From the human T2T-CHM13v2.0 reference genome, Homo sapiens: a stretch of 64,000 nt of DNA. The position numbers and the translations under genes are program-made. A model generated the notes under the pieces. The model worked only from the letters and a program-made list of their open reading frames with translations, was not told the origin of the DNA and ran no database searches. Numbering within the stretch: the first letter of the stretch is position 1; each line of letters begins with the position of its first letter. Location of the stretch: assembly GCF_009914755.1 (NCBI RefSeq), contig NC_060929.1. One strand, written 5' to 3'. Shown here piece by piece: positions 1 to 13,772 of the stretch.

Positions 1-97
1 CCATTTTAAAGAGACGAAATGGAGGCAGATAATTTGTGTAAAGTCAAACAGCTAGTAAGTCTTGGATCTGGGAGTTGAAGTTAGATCATTTGGCTCG
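1..97 (-). mobile_element. MIR SINE fragment
   Basis: ccatttta...gaggc...cagctagtaagt...tgaa matches the antisense MIR core. Confidence 0.65.
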
Positions 98-103
98 AGT
101 CTA

Positions 104-393
104 TCAGAGACCTGCAACCCTTTTCTGTAGTGCATCATATAGTAAATCTTTTGGGCTTTGCAGACATGCAGTCTCTGCTGCAACTGCTCAGCTCTGCTGT
201 GTAGCATGAGAGCAGCCATAGACAATATGAAAATGAGTGAGTGTGGCCGTGTTCCAATAAAACTTTATTAATGAACACTAAAATTAAGTTCATAGAATTC
301 CACATCACAAAATATTTTTCTTTTTGAACTTTTTCAACTACTTACAAGTGTAAAAACCATTTTTACCTTGTGGGCCATTGTTTGCTGACCCCG
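104..393 (-). mobile_element. MER58 (hAT-Charlie) DNA transposon relic, MER58B-like
   Basis: gcagccatagacaatatg, gtgttccaataaaactttatt and the terminal tttgctgacccc match MER58. Confidence 0.75.
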
Positions 394-561
394 GGTCTAT
401 GCAGTTAACCTTGACCTTTTTCAACATGTTAAAGAGGTTAACCCACATTTACCGAGGGCCACTGACCTGGGCACTGTGTGGGGCGCTCCATGTCCTGGTC
501 CACGGACTTGCTAGTCCACAGACTTGCTACCTTCATCTATAGGTAGCTCCTGCTACCGTTA

Positions 562-1155
<594 letters not shown>

Positions 1156-1485
1156 TTAATCAGCAGCGAGCACATCAGGCACACTCGTTGCTGCCCCTTC
1201 TCATCCCGCATTCCCTCTGCTTTGGTCAGGTGGTGCCCTCCTTCCATGGGTAGAGCCAGAGATGGTGGGTTCTGGCTGGTCAGATGGGAGTGGACAGAGA
1301 CCCGGGGTCCTCCCGGCTTCATGACTGCACGTGGTGGGCCCTGCACTGTGTGTCTACTGGGATGGATCAAGGTGCAACCAGAGAAACCTTGAGCCTTCTC
1401 CAGATACTTGAGTGGTAGCTGAGTTCCTGCAGCCTCTGTGAGCTCCCTTCTGAGCCTCTGGCTCCCAGTTTCCCAGTACCCTTTC

Positions 1486-1948
1486 TGTATTAGCTTCCTG
1501 GGGCTGCCCCGACAAAGTATCACAAACTCAGGGGCTTCCGCAACAGAGATTTATTCTCTCACAGTCCTGGAGGCTAGAAATTTTTGGACTTCTAGCTTCC
1601 CGGACTTGATTGGCAGGGCCACACTTCCTTCTAAGGCTCTGGCTGGGGGTGGGGGTCCTTCCTGCTTCTGCCAGCTTCTGGTGATGCTGACAATCCCTGG
1701 CATTCCTTGGCGTGTGGGTGCATTACTCCAATCTCTGCCTCCCTCTTCACATGGTCTTCTCTGTGCGTACGACTGTGCATCCTCTCCTCTCGTAAAGGGC
1801 AGCAGTCGTTGGATTTAGAGCTCACCCTACTGTGGTATGATCTCATCTTAATTACATCTGCAACAGCCCTGTTTCCAAATAGGGCCACATTCTGAGGTTC
1901 TGGGTGGACATGAATTTTGGGGTGGGAAACACTCTTCAAGCCAGTAAA
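1486..1948 (-). mobile_element. MLT1C-like MaLR solo LTR
   Basis: Starts tgtattag; contains ctcacagtcctggaggctag and tttccaaatagggccacattctgaggttctgggtggacatgaattttgggg. Confidence 0.85.
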
Positions 1949-2919
1949 TCTTCCTCCCCAAATCTTGCTAGGTTTCCAATGCCTAAAAGAAGTGCTAATT
2001 GGAGAAAATAAGAATAGTTTTCTACTTATCTCAGGAGCGGGAAAAGATGGCAAAATGGCATGGCCAATTTTGGAAAGAATATATAGGGTGTTGTAAAGAT
2101 ATGTGATGATGATGAGGATGATGTTTTCACCAATATTTGCAGCCTCTTGTCCACACAGAAGGATTAGGAAGATTAATGCCTTCGAAATCAGCTATATTTT
2201 AGCACTCTGTTTTTAGTGTTTTCATGATTATCCTGGTGTCCTTGTTTTTGAGGTGGCTGCTATAATTATGGTAACGTGTGTGAGTAGGTTAGAAAGATGT
2301 TACAAGTGATTAAGCTATAAATTAGTCACTTTGGAGTGTGTAATAGTTCTTTCAAGTCCCCAGCATATAAGGGAAAGTGACACTGGTCTACAATGACTGT
2401 CTCCATGCTTCCATGCAGAAATTGAGACCTGGAGAATGTAAAGACTTGCCCAAGTTCTGTGAGTGAGTCAGTGCTAGAAAAATCTTGAGCCCAGCCCCCC
2501 AGATGTGATGACTATTCTCTTTCAAATATTTCTACAGGATTAGAATGGGCGCTCAGGCTTGGCTCAGACACCCCACATCTTTAGGTGAGTGGCTTTTAAA
2601 TTGCCATTTGGTCACGCCTACTTGGCAGAGTTGCAAACACGGGCTGCAGAGTTCACACCCGCACCCTCCTCTCTGGAAGTGGAGTGAGAACAGGGTGGGC
2701 AGAGGTGGGGCTGCCACACCTGCTTCCCTGGAAACCCGAGGGAGAGCACAGGACGCCAGGCTGGGACTCGGCTGGCAGCTGCTTCGGGCGTCTCACCTTG
2801 TGACTATTTCCTGGGCACTGTGGGAGAGGAGGCCTCTTGCCTGAGCTCCTGTCCCTACTGTCTCCTCTCACTAAATGCACGGCACGGCTTTGCGGTAATA
2901 GGCTGGGACATGTCAACTC

Positions 2920-3210
2920 TTTTTTTTTTTTGAGACGGAGTTTCTCTTGTTGTCCAGGCTGGAGTGCAATGGCACGATCTCGGCTCACGCAACCTCTGCC
3001 TCCTGAATTCAAGCAAGTTTCCTGCCTCAGCCTCCCAAGTAGCTGAGATTACAGGCATGCGCCACCACGCCTGGCTAATTTTGTCTTTTTAGCAGAGACG
3101 GGGTTTCTCCATGTTGGTCAGGATGGTCTTGAACCCCCAACCTCAGGTGATCCGCCTGCCTCGACCTCCCAAAGTGCTGGGATTACAGGCATGAGCCACT
3201 GTGCCCAGCC
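2920..3210 (-). mobile_element. Full-length Alu (AluSp/Sq-like)
   Basis: Antisense Alu; TSD acatgtcaactcttt on both sides. Confidence 0.95.
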
Positions 3211-3807
3211 AACATGTCAACTCTTTAGGAGAGTTTGAAGACAAAAAATAACCCATGTCTGAGCATGGGAGGTGCTAAAAATAGGAACTTCTTAGCTTCC
3301 ACAAGGGCAGATAAATGAATAAATAGGCCATAAACCAATGTAGTTATTTCAGCTGGGGGATTTTATTTTCTTTTGATTGTCCCCTGGAGCTACGAAATAC
3401 ACAAATATAGACTGATAGATTTTTTTCATTAATTCGAAAAGCATTTAATGGCTGTCATCTATGTGCCAGGCAATTGATGCGCAGCCAGACTTCCAGGAGG
3501 CTGGAGGGGGATCCAGATGAACCTCCCGGAGTAGGATTGTCAGGAGGGGACTGGAGACCAGGGCCATCCTGAAAACCCCATCTCTGTTCCAGGAAATTCC
3601 TAGGATCCCCTGGGAGGCACAGCCTGGAGAATCCTATTTTGGTTGCTGAACAGATGCACACATTGGAATTGAGACTGCGTGTGCTTGGGGTGGGTCGGTG
3701 AGGCGGGGGCAGTGGGGTCCAGGTGGGAGCCGTATGGAAGCCCTCCCCTCCCCATCCTCCAGGCATGCCAGCGAGTGTGGCCTTATGTTGAGTGTGTCCT
3801 CCAGTGT

Positions 3808-3960
3808 GAGTGGCTCCTCCGAGTGTGGTCCAAGGACCCGCAGCATCAGCATCCCCTGGGAGAGCCTTGGAAATGCAGAATCTTGGGATCCAGCTCAGAC
3901 CCAGTCAGAATCAGATTTCCAGGCAGCTCGTGTGCTCATTGATGTCTGAGAGGATCTGCT
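3808..3960. mobile_element. MER5A-family DNA transposon relic
   Basis: gtgtggtcc...cagcatcagcatcccctgggag...gaaatgcagaatc...agaatcaga. Confidence 0.7.
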
Positions 3961-4206
3961 TGAGAACTCCACAGCTGGGGCTGACAAATCCCCCTCTGAC
4001 CTCAAATTTACCTCCTCCTTCTAAAAAAGCCAGACAACCTAGCTCCCTGCCCACCCACAGCTCTTTCCAGTGGATCCAACTTCCTCTCACACCCAGTTTG
4101 AGCAGGGGGAGACAGGAAGGGCCTCTTCTCTGCTTCCAGATCGTCTGTTTCTTCCGTCAAACACCACAGTTCCTATGAAACCCACCGCAGTAGCAGACCT
4201 GGGTCT

Positions 4207-5115
4207 TGTCAAGAGCTATGAAGGGTCTGAGATTTTACCTACTCCTAGGCTAAAAGTTAGCCTGCCAGTTTGACAAATGCTGCCTAATGACACGAGACTC
4301 CCGGGGCAGAGACAAAGGACTTTGCTACTCACAGCACAGCAAGCAGCATAAGTTTTGCTTTAAAATGTGGTGTATTAATGCAATATTTGAGTTATAGTAA
4401 GGCCAACAGATCAGGAAATGATTGTCATTGAAAGGACAGTTTGTTACTCCCAGTTCCCAGGAGGAGGGGCCATGCTGAGCTATGCAGGGCCACGAGCGTT
4501 GTTAGCAGGCTCAGGAGACAGCGGACATGTGGGCAAAAGCCTTGTTTGTGTCCCTAGTTGTCCGGTACTTGCTCCCAGGGTGATTAGGCAGGTGGATAGT
4601 GGCCTGGAGTGTGAAAACCCAATAGAGGAGGTGTCTGGGGCATGGGCTTGCAACTGGTTGGTTTGCATTTGAAAAGCATGTTTGCAGGAGCCTGGTTTAC
4701 TATCTCTGGGGATTGGTTAGTACTGGGTGGGGCAGTCCCTCCAGGGTCAGCAAGGTCCCAGATATCAAAGCATCAGAATGCAGAGAATGGAAGACATGGT
4801 TAATACAAGCTTAATGTTTGCACTGGTTCCCTATGTCCCCAAAACCCCATGGGGGTGACGTGGGGGGCCCAGGTGGATGCTGCCGCGCAGTGAATTTGCA
4901 TCAGCGAGGGAAAACCCTGAGCTCAGGGGATGCAGATGCTTTATAATGGGCAGTAAGCAAACACACCTAACCTTTGTCCCAGCGGGAGATGTTATCTTTA
5001 TAATATTAGGTAATAACCAAACCTGCTCTCTGCTCTGTAGGGAGACACCACCTCTTTGCTTCTCCAAGGCTGTTTGCTGCATCTGAAAAGACAATCTGGA
5101 ACAAGAGGACAGTCA
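4207..5115 (-). mobile_element. ERVL-class solo LTR (MER76-like, family name uncertain) split by a nested LTR
   Basis: Starts tgtcaagagctatgaagggtctgagatttt; continues after 4807 and is cut off by the Alu at 5116. Confidence 0.6.
4356..4807 (-). mobile_element. LTR47-like solo LTR nested in an older LTR
   Basis: TG...CA termini (tgctttaaaa...ggttaataca); 5-bp TSD agttt/agctt; internal ggggcagtccctccagggtcagcaagg. Confidence 0.75.
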
Positions 5116-5410
<295 letters not shown>

Positions 5411-5849
5411 TTAAAATGCTACACTTTCTTATCATAGTTTACCGCAATTAAAAATCAAAACAAAACAAAACGAAAACCGTAAAAGATAAACCTTTTCGAA
5501 TGCTACTATTTCCTGTATCATAAACAGTTCCTCTTAGGAAGGCCTTTCTGGTATATTAAAGACCTGCTCCAGAAAACACAAAGCGGATCAGAAAAACAAA
5601 AAGTGGATGTCACTCATGGACATTTTGATAACATCAATGTCATGTACATTTCTTTCCCATAAATTCTGGGGAATTTTTAAGTGGCATGTGGGGCTCTGAA
5701 AGGTTAGGAGAGATCAGGTTTTAGGGGAGTGGGGAACTCTGATGTAATGGTCTAATGGCCCAACAAACTTGGGTGCCAGGGCTCTGGCATGAGGGCAGAG
5801 AAAGGGCTCTTGGAACTGGGGTCCTGGTGGGAAGGGGAGGGATGGACAC

Positions 5850-6040
5850 GGTAGTGGGTAGAATAATTTCCCCTCAAATTTCAGGTCAACTCGGAATCTG
5901 TCAATGTGACCTTACTCGAAAGTTCTGTCTTTGCAGTTGCAATCAGTGAAGAATCATGAGATAAAATAATCTTGGATTTAAGGTGGGCCCTGAATCCAAT
6001 GACTCTTGTCCTTATATGAAGAGAAGGATGACAACACGGA
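5850..6040 (+). mobile_element. MLT1C/D 5' fragment
   Basis: aatgtgacctta...tctttgcag...ggatttaaggtgggccctgaatccaatgac. Confidence 0.7.
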
Positions 6041-6824
6041 GTCACTCTGAAAGCTCAGCGTGGTAGAACTTAGCAGCATGATCCAGCTGTGAGGAAGCAG
6101 CTTCCAGGTGTGCTGCCAGCTGCTGACCTAGGGGGTTCACCAAGAGGGCCCCTCCCTGCCCAGTGCCCTGACTCTGGGGTCCAGGGCTGCACACTTGGAT
6201 GACAGAAGGACATGCCCAAGCTTACCTGGCTGCTCAGAGAATATAACCAGACAGTCAGCACTGACTACTCACATGCTCATGTTTATTAAGAGACTCTGAC
6301 TGGTGGGAATGGAGTCATCAGAGCCAAAAGCACGTGTGCAAAAGAAAATGAGCGTTTTCACCTTTTAAGCGAAGATTGTTTGGGGGTTGAGAGAATGCTG
6401 GAGCCTGCGCTAACTCCCTGGGCCAGCACAACTGCGACGTGTCCTCTGCAGGGGTCTCCAGCCTGGTGCTCCCAGCGAGATAAACCAGGGATTACGTCTA
6501 GAGGGTCAGAGCATCTGCACCTGTCTAGACAGAGGCTCTAAACTGGGGCAGTGGGGTGAGGTTGGAAAGCAGCAGATGGGATAGATACACGGAGTTGGAG
6601 GGAGTCTTCTATTTAGGGGTATCTCAGCAGACATTCTCAGCTGCCAAACAGCCAGCCCCAGGCATTTCCCTGTTGCAGAGGTGGGTGCCCGTGCTATCCA
6701 ATGATTCCCTCGGCTGACAGACAGGGATGGGGTGAAGAAATAGCAGGAGAAGATGAGAAGGAAAGGGTGAGTGAAACAGAGGAGGTGGGGGAGGAAAGAA
6801 AATGTAAATGACACACAAAATGCT

Positions 6825-6945
6825 CTGAGATGCTTACTGGATGCCAGACACTGTCCTGAATGTTTCGCGGGCACTGAGTCCTCCTGACAAGCCCATGAGG
6901 GAGAGCTTTTATTTCCTCCATTTTCCAGAGGTGGAGGCTGAGGCA
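6825..6945 (-). mobile_element. MIR fragment
   Basis: tgccagacactgt...cccatgagg...ccattttccagaggtggaggctgaggc. Confidence 0.6.
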
Positions 6946-7244
6946 GGGAGGTGGGTTATGGCCTTTCTGCGAGCATTCGCAAACATTCACCGAAACACAG
7001 TATGTTCACCAACATAGAGTTCAAAAGCCACACTGAGAATCTGCGTGGTCCATCAATAACGTGTTGGGCATGTTCTATGATCTGAAATCCACTAGGACCC
7101 TGGGCTACCAGGCCCAATGTCTCTCTGGAGTGTCTACAGCCTAGCCAGGGGAAAGAGAGATGCTAACTATAACAATGACATGGGATAATGTTGTTGTCCA
7201 GGTGCAGACACTCAAGTATTGGGAGGAAACAAAAGGACTGGAAA

Positions 7245-7620
7245 TTGAGCCCAGGCGTTTGAGACCAGCTTGGGCAACATTAGTGAGACCCCCCCCAACC
7301 CACCGCTCTCTACAAAAATTAAAAAATTAGCTGAGCGTGGTGCTGCATGCCTGTAGTCCCAGCTACTTGGGAGGCCGAGGTGAGCAGACCGCTTGAGCCC
7401 AGGAGTTTAAGACCAGCCTGGGCAACATGGCGAAACCTTGTCTCTACAAAAAATACAAAACATTAGCCAGGCATGGTAGTGCATGCCTGTAGTCCTAGTG
7501 ACTCAGGAGGCTGAGGTGGGATGATCGCCTGAGCCTAGGAGAACAAGGCTGCAGTGAGCCGTGATTGCACCACTGCACTCCAGCCTGGACGACAGAGTGA
7601 GACCCTGTCTCAAAAACGAA
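7245..7620 (+). mobile_element. Composite three-monomer AluJ-like element
   Basis: Truncated left arm, linker, hybrid monomer, second linker, right arm. Confidence 0.85.
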
Positions 7621-7892
7621 CAACCACCAAAGAACTGGAAGAGTCCTGCAGGCACTTGGGATTGCTCAGCAAGCACCCGGGAGAGCTTCACAGGGGTCTG
7701 GAATAGTCCAGCAGGTGCATGAAAGAACCCCGGCTATATCTGTACCTTGGAAGAGTCAAGTGCAGGAGCTAAATTTCCATGGGAAGAGGTGAGGGACATG
7801 GAGTTAGATTGGAAAGGTCTCTGAATGGCAATAAGGAGAATGATATCCTGTGACCCAACATGGCTGCTATCCGAAGATTTCCAAAGTGGAAA

Positions 7893-8380
7893 TGTGTTAG
7901 GACTTTTTCCGTTGCAAAAGATAGAAATCAAATTCAAACAACTAGACTGAAAAGGGAATGTGTTAGGACTCTGGGGAGCTCTAAGAACCGTAGTGACTGC
8001 AGGGACATCAGGAAGAATAACGTGGCTTGCGAATGGAGCCGAGACACCCTGTGGCTCCCCCTTTGATCTAGGTTTCTCTGTGCCTGGTGTCATTCCTCCC
8101 CTGCAGGTGGGCATTCTCCATGTGGCAGGCAACCTCTGTGTGGCAGAAAAATTCTACAGGGCAGGGTACCGGGAGGCAGGTACTTCCATAGGGCAGGCTG
8201 CCATGAGCCAGCACCTCCAGATAGCAGTACTTCTCTGACATCATTGCAGGTTAGAGATCCCTGAAAAACAATTTCTCAGCCTTGATTTTAAAAACCCCAA
8301 GGAAGGAGGGATTCTGATTGGTCTAGTTTCAGTCACGTGTCAACAGCAGACCAATCAACTGTGGCCAGGGGCACAGATGC
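7893..8380 (-). mobile_element. Old MaLR LTR (MLT1J/K/L-like)
   Basis: tgtgttaggactttttccgttgcaaaagatagaaa start; ctgattggtc...gtcacgtg...accaatcaactgtggccaggg. Confidence 0.6.
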
Positions 8381-8899
8381 TTTACAGAGGCAGGCCTGTG
8401 TCGTGTGACCACCACATGACCTGCGTCATGTGATGGGTGGAGGAGAGGGTGGGCATGCTGTGATTGGCAGCCTCCTTCCCGTGGGTGGAGACCTTTTATA
8501 AAGGGAAGGGAAGAGCGCCATGTGGATAAACAGATGTTCACCGCAGGAAGGGCCCGAATCAGATGGGTTTTAGAGATTACTGGGAAGGCAGCCCCAGGGA
8601 TGGTGGGTCTGAAGCTCCGTGATCAGCCGCAGAAATATTTCTCAACTTTGCTCAACACAAGCGCACTTACCCCACCCCTAGATAAGAAAAACAAGCCAAG
8701 CCTTTTTAGAATGTTATCTGAAATTCAAAATAGATTAAGTCTCAGGAAGATAAATAAACCAAAGGAGCACTGCTTGGCTTCTAAACCACACGCCCATCCC
8801 CTGGGGAGGCAGGCAGCCCACACTCCTGCCAGAAGAGAAAAGACCAGCTCTTGAATGGAATGAACAGTTGCATTGGTGGGAGGGGAACAGGCACTGGAG

Positions 8900-9085
8900 T
8901 TGATTCTCCACGTGCTTCTCGCTGTCATGGGCCCAGGACTGCCGGGCATCTGGTAAACATGCAGATTCTGATGCAGAAGGGCCAAGGCTGGGCCTGAGGG
9001 TCTGCTTTTCCAACAAGCTTCCAGGTCGCGGGGTGGGGGGGGGGGTTGCTGCTGGCCCTGGCACCCCACTTTGAAGGAGTGAAGA
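8900..9085. mobile_element. MER5A relic interrupted by a G-run
   Basis: atgcagattctgat...gggcctgag...tctgcttttccaacaagcttccaggt...ccactttga. Confidence 0.65.
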
Positions 9086-9484
9086 CTTACGGCCTAGCAC
9101 CTGCAGATTTGAATGAGATATTGGCGAAGAGCTGCGAGCTAGCCCTCAAGGAAGCCACCCAGGTGGCCAGCGCTGGTGGTTCCATCTCAGATGGAGCTGG
9201 GCATGACTGGGCCAGGCAGATGTGTGGGCCTTGGCCAAGCCTGGGCCGGCCCCTACTCTGGGCTGCTCACACCCATCCCTGGCCACACGGAAAACTTGTG
9301 TCAGAGCCAGCGGGGAAAGGAGTGAACTTGCTCTCACTTCACACTTGGATCAGAGCCCGAGGACCTCAGTGGCGGCCCCCTTGGGGTACCTGTGGGGGCT
9401 GAAAGAGACAGAGCAGGCTTCCTCCAGGCCCCCCGGGCAGCTTTACCCGGCAACAAGAATGGGTGTCCTAAGCCAACCCCTCTC

Positions 9485-9878
9485 TGTAGGTAGAATAATG
9501 GCCTCCAAACATAACAGGTTTTAATCTCTGGAAACTGTAATTGTTACTTTACGCGGCAAACACTTTGCAGGTGTGATTAAATTAAGGCACTTGAGATGAG
9601 GGGATTATTCTGGTGAAGAGGGACGCAGGGGGACATTTGACACAGAAGAGGGGAAGCGATATCACCATGGAGGCAGAGGTTACAGGGGTGCTGCCCTGAG
9701 TCGTGGAAGCTGGAAGAGGAAGGAACAGATTCTTCCCAGAGCCTCCGATGGGAGGGCGGCCGTCCAGCACCTTGATGTCACTGCCTCTGGCTTCTAGGAC
9801 TGTGTGGAATAGACTTCTGCTGTGTTCAGCCTCCCTGTGTGTGGCAGTTTGTTCCCGCAGCCACGGGAAGTGCATGCA
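9485..9878 (+). mobile_element. MLT1D-like MaLR solo LTR
   Basis: agaataatggcctccaaa...ctttgcaggtgtgattaaattaagg...gtggcagtttgttcccgcagccacgggaa. Confidence 0.8.
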
Positions 9879-10392
9879 CCACCCCCCCGCCGGGTGCTGG
9901 GGAGACGTGGAGGTCTTGGGGGGCGTCCCAGGGGGCTCTGCTTCTCTGCTGTCTCTTCAGAGGAGGGCTTCTCTTCGGGCTGTTGGGAAGGGGCTTTGGG
10001 GTGTCTGCATCTGTTGAAATGGGGGCTCCGCGTGGGGCAGCAGAGCCCCAAGGTCGGGAGGGTGTTCAAGGCTGAGCGCAGCAGCTGCACAGGAAAGAAC
10101 GCAGGAGGTTGAGCCTGCGCCTCCCGGAGGGAGGGCCAAGGAGGAGCAGGGAGGTCTGTGCCCAAGGATCCGCCAAGCCGCAGCAGGCTGTCCCCACTCA
10201 CTCCTCTCTAACCACCCTCATGCCCTGGCCTAGGACCTGACCTCCTCCATGGCTGTGGCCCAGCCCACTGCTGCCCCAGTGATTCCCGCATAGTCAGCTG
10301 CGGGCAGGACTAGGGGCCTCCCTCCCCTCCAGGGTCTTCCCTGGGACACCAGCCTGCTCCTTGCAGAGTGAATGAAAGGCCTTGTTAACTCA

Positions 10393-10813
<421 letters not shown>

Positions 10814-10922
10814 AAAAAAGCACAGTAATTATATTTTAAAATCTTCTGGGATACAACAGATTAGATTTCCAAGAAAGGGTTTGTTTGAATGACTCATTGT
10901 GCAGATAAAAATAGTTCTTCAG

Positions 10923-11239
<317 letters not shown>

Positions 11240-11295
11240 TCAGGTGGAGTGAATGAGCCTAATTAATATTCCAGAAACAATTTTGACAAAGGTGG

Positions 11296-11754
11296 CATTA
11301 CAGATTGAACTTTGTGTCTCCCCAGAAAAATACGTTGAGGTCCCAACCCCCAGTATCTCAGGCAGTGGCCTTATTTGGAAACAGGTGTTGCAGATGTAAA
11401 TAGTTAAGATGAGGTCCTACCAGACGACAGTGGGCCCCTAATCCATGATGACTGCTGTCCTTACAGGAAGACAGCCAGGTGACGATAGAGACACAGGAAG
11501 AATGCCGCATAACAGCAACAGAAACGGAGATTAGGGGGATGCAGCTGGAAGCCCAGGGATGATGAGGATTGCCAGCAACCCACAGAGGCGAGGATGAGGC
11601 AAGGAGGAATTTGCCCTACAGGTTTCAGAGGGGACAAGCCCTATGCACACCTTGATCTTGAACTTCTGGTCTCCAGAACTGTGAGACAGTAAGTTTCCAT
11701 TGTTTAAGCCCCGATCTGTCATACTTTGTTAGTGCAGCCCAAGCAAACTGATAG
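11296..11754 (+). mobile_element. MLT1B/C-like MaLR solo LTR
   Basis: ccttatttggaaac...gcagatgtaa...cttctggtctccagaactgtgaga...gcaaactgata. Confidence 0.85.
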
Positions 11755-11915
11755 GGGCGATGTCTGCCCCTTCTTTGCTCTGCCCTCTGCCACCTGCCAT
11801 GGCAGCCCCCCATGGCCCCTTCTCAGGTGGTGACCCCCTTCTCCTTGGTGGCACCCTCAATAATCCCCTATCCTGTGTCTGAAAATGGGCAATCACCTTT
11901 ATTAAAGAAATGAGG

Positions 11916-12348
11916 CTTTTCTCACTCCCCGGCCATCTTAGCGGCTGCTCTTGGTTGGGGTCCGTCCTGCAGCTAAGGCGGGAATTTGGTGGCTGCAAAG
12001 AAGAAAAAGCTCCTGGAGTCGATCAACTGTAGGTTCCAACTCATTATGAAAAGTGGAAAGTATGAGCTGGGGTACAAGCAGACTCTGAAGATGATTAGAC
12101 AAGGCAAAGCAAAATTGATCATTCTCACTAACAACCACCCAGCTATGGAATGTTGGCCAAAACTGGTGTCCATCACTACGGTGGCAATAATATTGAACTG
12201 GGCACAGCATGCGGAAAATATTACAGAGTGGGCACACCGGCTATCATTGATCTAGGTGATTCTGACATCATTAGAAGCACGCCAGAACAGATTGGTGAAA
12301 AGCAAACCATGCAAAATTTTCCTTTAATAAAATTTGCCTGAGCTTGTT
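11916..12348 (+). pseudogene. RPL30: Processed pseudogene of ribosomal protein L30 (eL30)
   Basis: Two overlapping frames give [49 protein letters not shown] and [51 protein letters not shown]. Intronless, with a pyrimidine-rich 5' start. ATG is TTG (11986), an internal deletion shifts the frame near 12145, the stop is CAA (12303), AATAAA is at 12326-12331 and an A-rich tail follows. Confidence 0.97.
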
Positions 12349-12460
12349 AAGAAAAAGAAAGAGAGAGAGACAGAGAGAGAGAGAAAGAAAGAAGAAAGAA
12401 AGAAAGAAAAGAAGGAAAGAAAGAAAGAAAGACGAGGGAGGGAGGGGAAGGAAGGAAGGA
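12349..12460 (+). repeat. GA-rich simple repeat derived from the pseudogene poly(A) tail
   Basis: (GA)n, (GAAA)n and (GGAA)n directly after the 3' end. Confidence 0.85.
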
Positions 12461-12624
12461 GGTGGGAGTTGGATGCAAGGAATGCGACCCTCAGGGACCC
12501 GCTTCGAACAGCCCATCAGACCCACTTTTGCCCTTCAAAGGAGGTTGAGAAGCTCCACTCTGTTGTCCATGCAGCTATTCCTGCTCAAGCTGCAGCTGGG
12601 ACTTTTATAAGAAACTGCCTTTTA

Positions 12625-13070
<446 letters not shown>

Positions 13071-13772
13071 TCAGCTCCGCACTGGGAGGGGTTAGGGCTG
13101 CCCTTTAAGGAAACATTAAAAGCTCAGTATCTTCCTTTGGTGGCTCCTTCAGGGGCGCTAGCTTCTGACTCATCAGCATCATTTTAGCTCTCTGAGGGTT
13201 CAGAAATAGAGGAAACAGCACTTCCTTTTGGTGAACGCCTTTGTATTATTTTATTTTTTCACCATGATACTGAAACTAGCTCATCCTGGGAGAGTCAAAG
13301 GAAGCTCATATGTTTTCCCTGAGCTGGGCTAAATTCCTGATTCTTCTAATAGGAAAGATCCAAAACTTCCCACGGAGTTTCCCCTCGTCTGCACTGAGTC
13401 ACATACCTGTGGGCTTCGAGCTAACAGACCTTTTTTAATCAAAGAGAAGATGAAAAAGGCACCTTGCTTCTGTCCCATTTTTAGATCTTTTTTAGCCCCA
13501 TTTCTTCTCTTTCCTTCCTCCATTTTTGGGTTTGTTTGGTTTCACGCCTGAATTAAATGTTAACAGGAGGAGCAAGTTTTATACATTGCCTGAAGTCATC
13601 ATTGTCAGAGAAACAAATGCAATCTTTAGTGAGACTAGCAATGGTGGGAAGAAGACGCGTGGGTTACAGCAAGCACAGTTACTAAAGCTTTTTGCATTGA
13701 GTAGCTGTGGGGTCCAGGGCTCCATCTCTCTGGCCCTCACTTGCTCATGAGCAAATAGAGGCTTCAGGTTGT

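Noticed and set aside
11986-12341. Functional RPL30 gene
   Set aside because: It is intronless, lacks ATG, is frameshifted, has lost its stop and carries a tail remnant, so it is a processed pseudogene.
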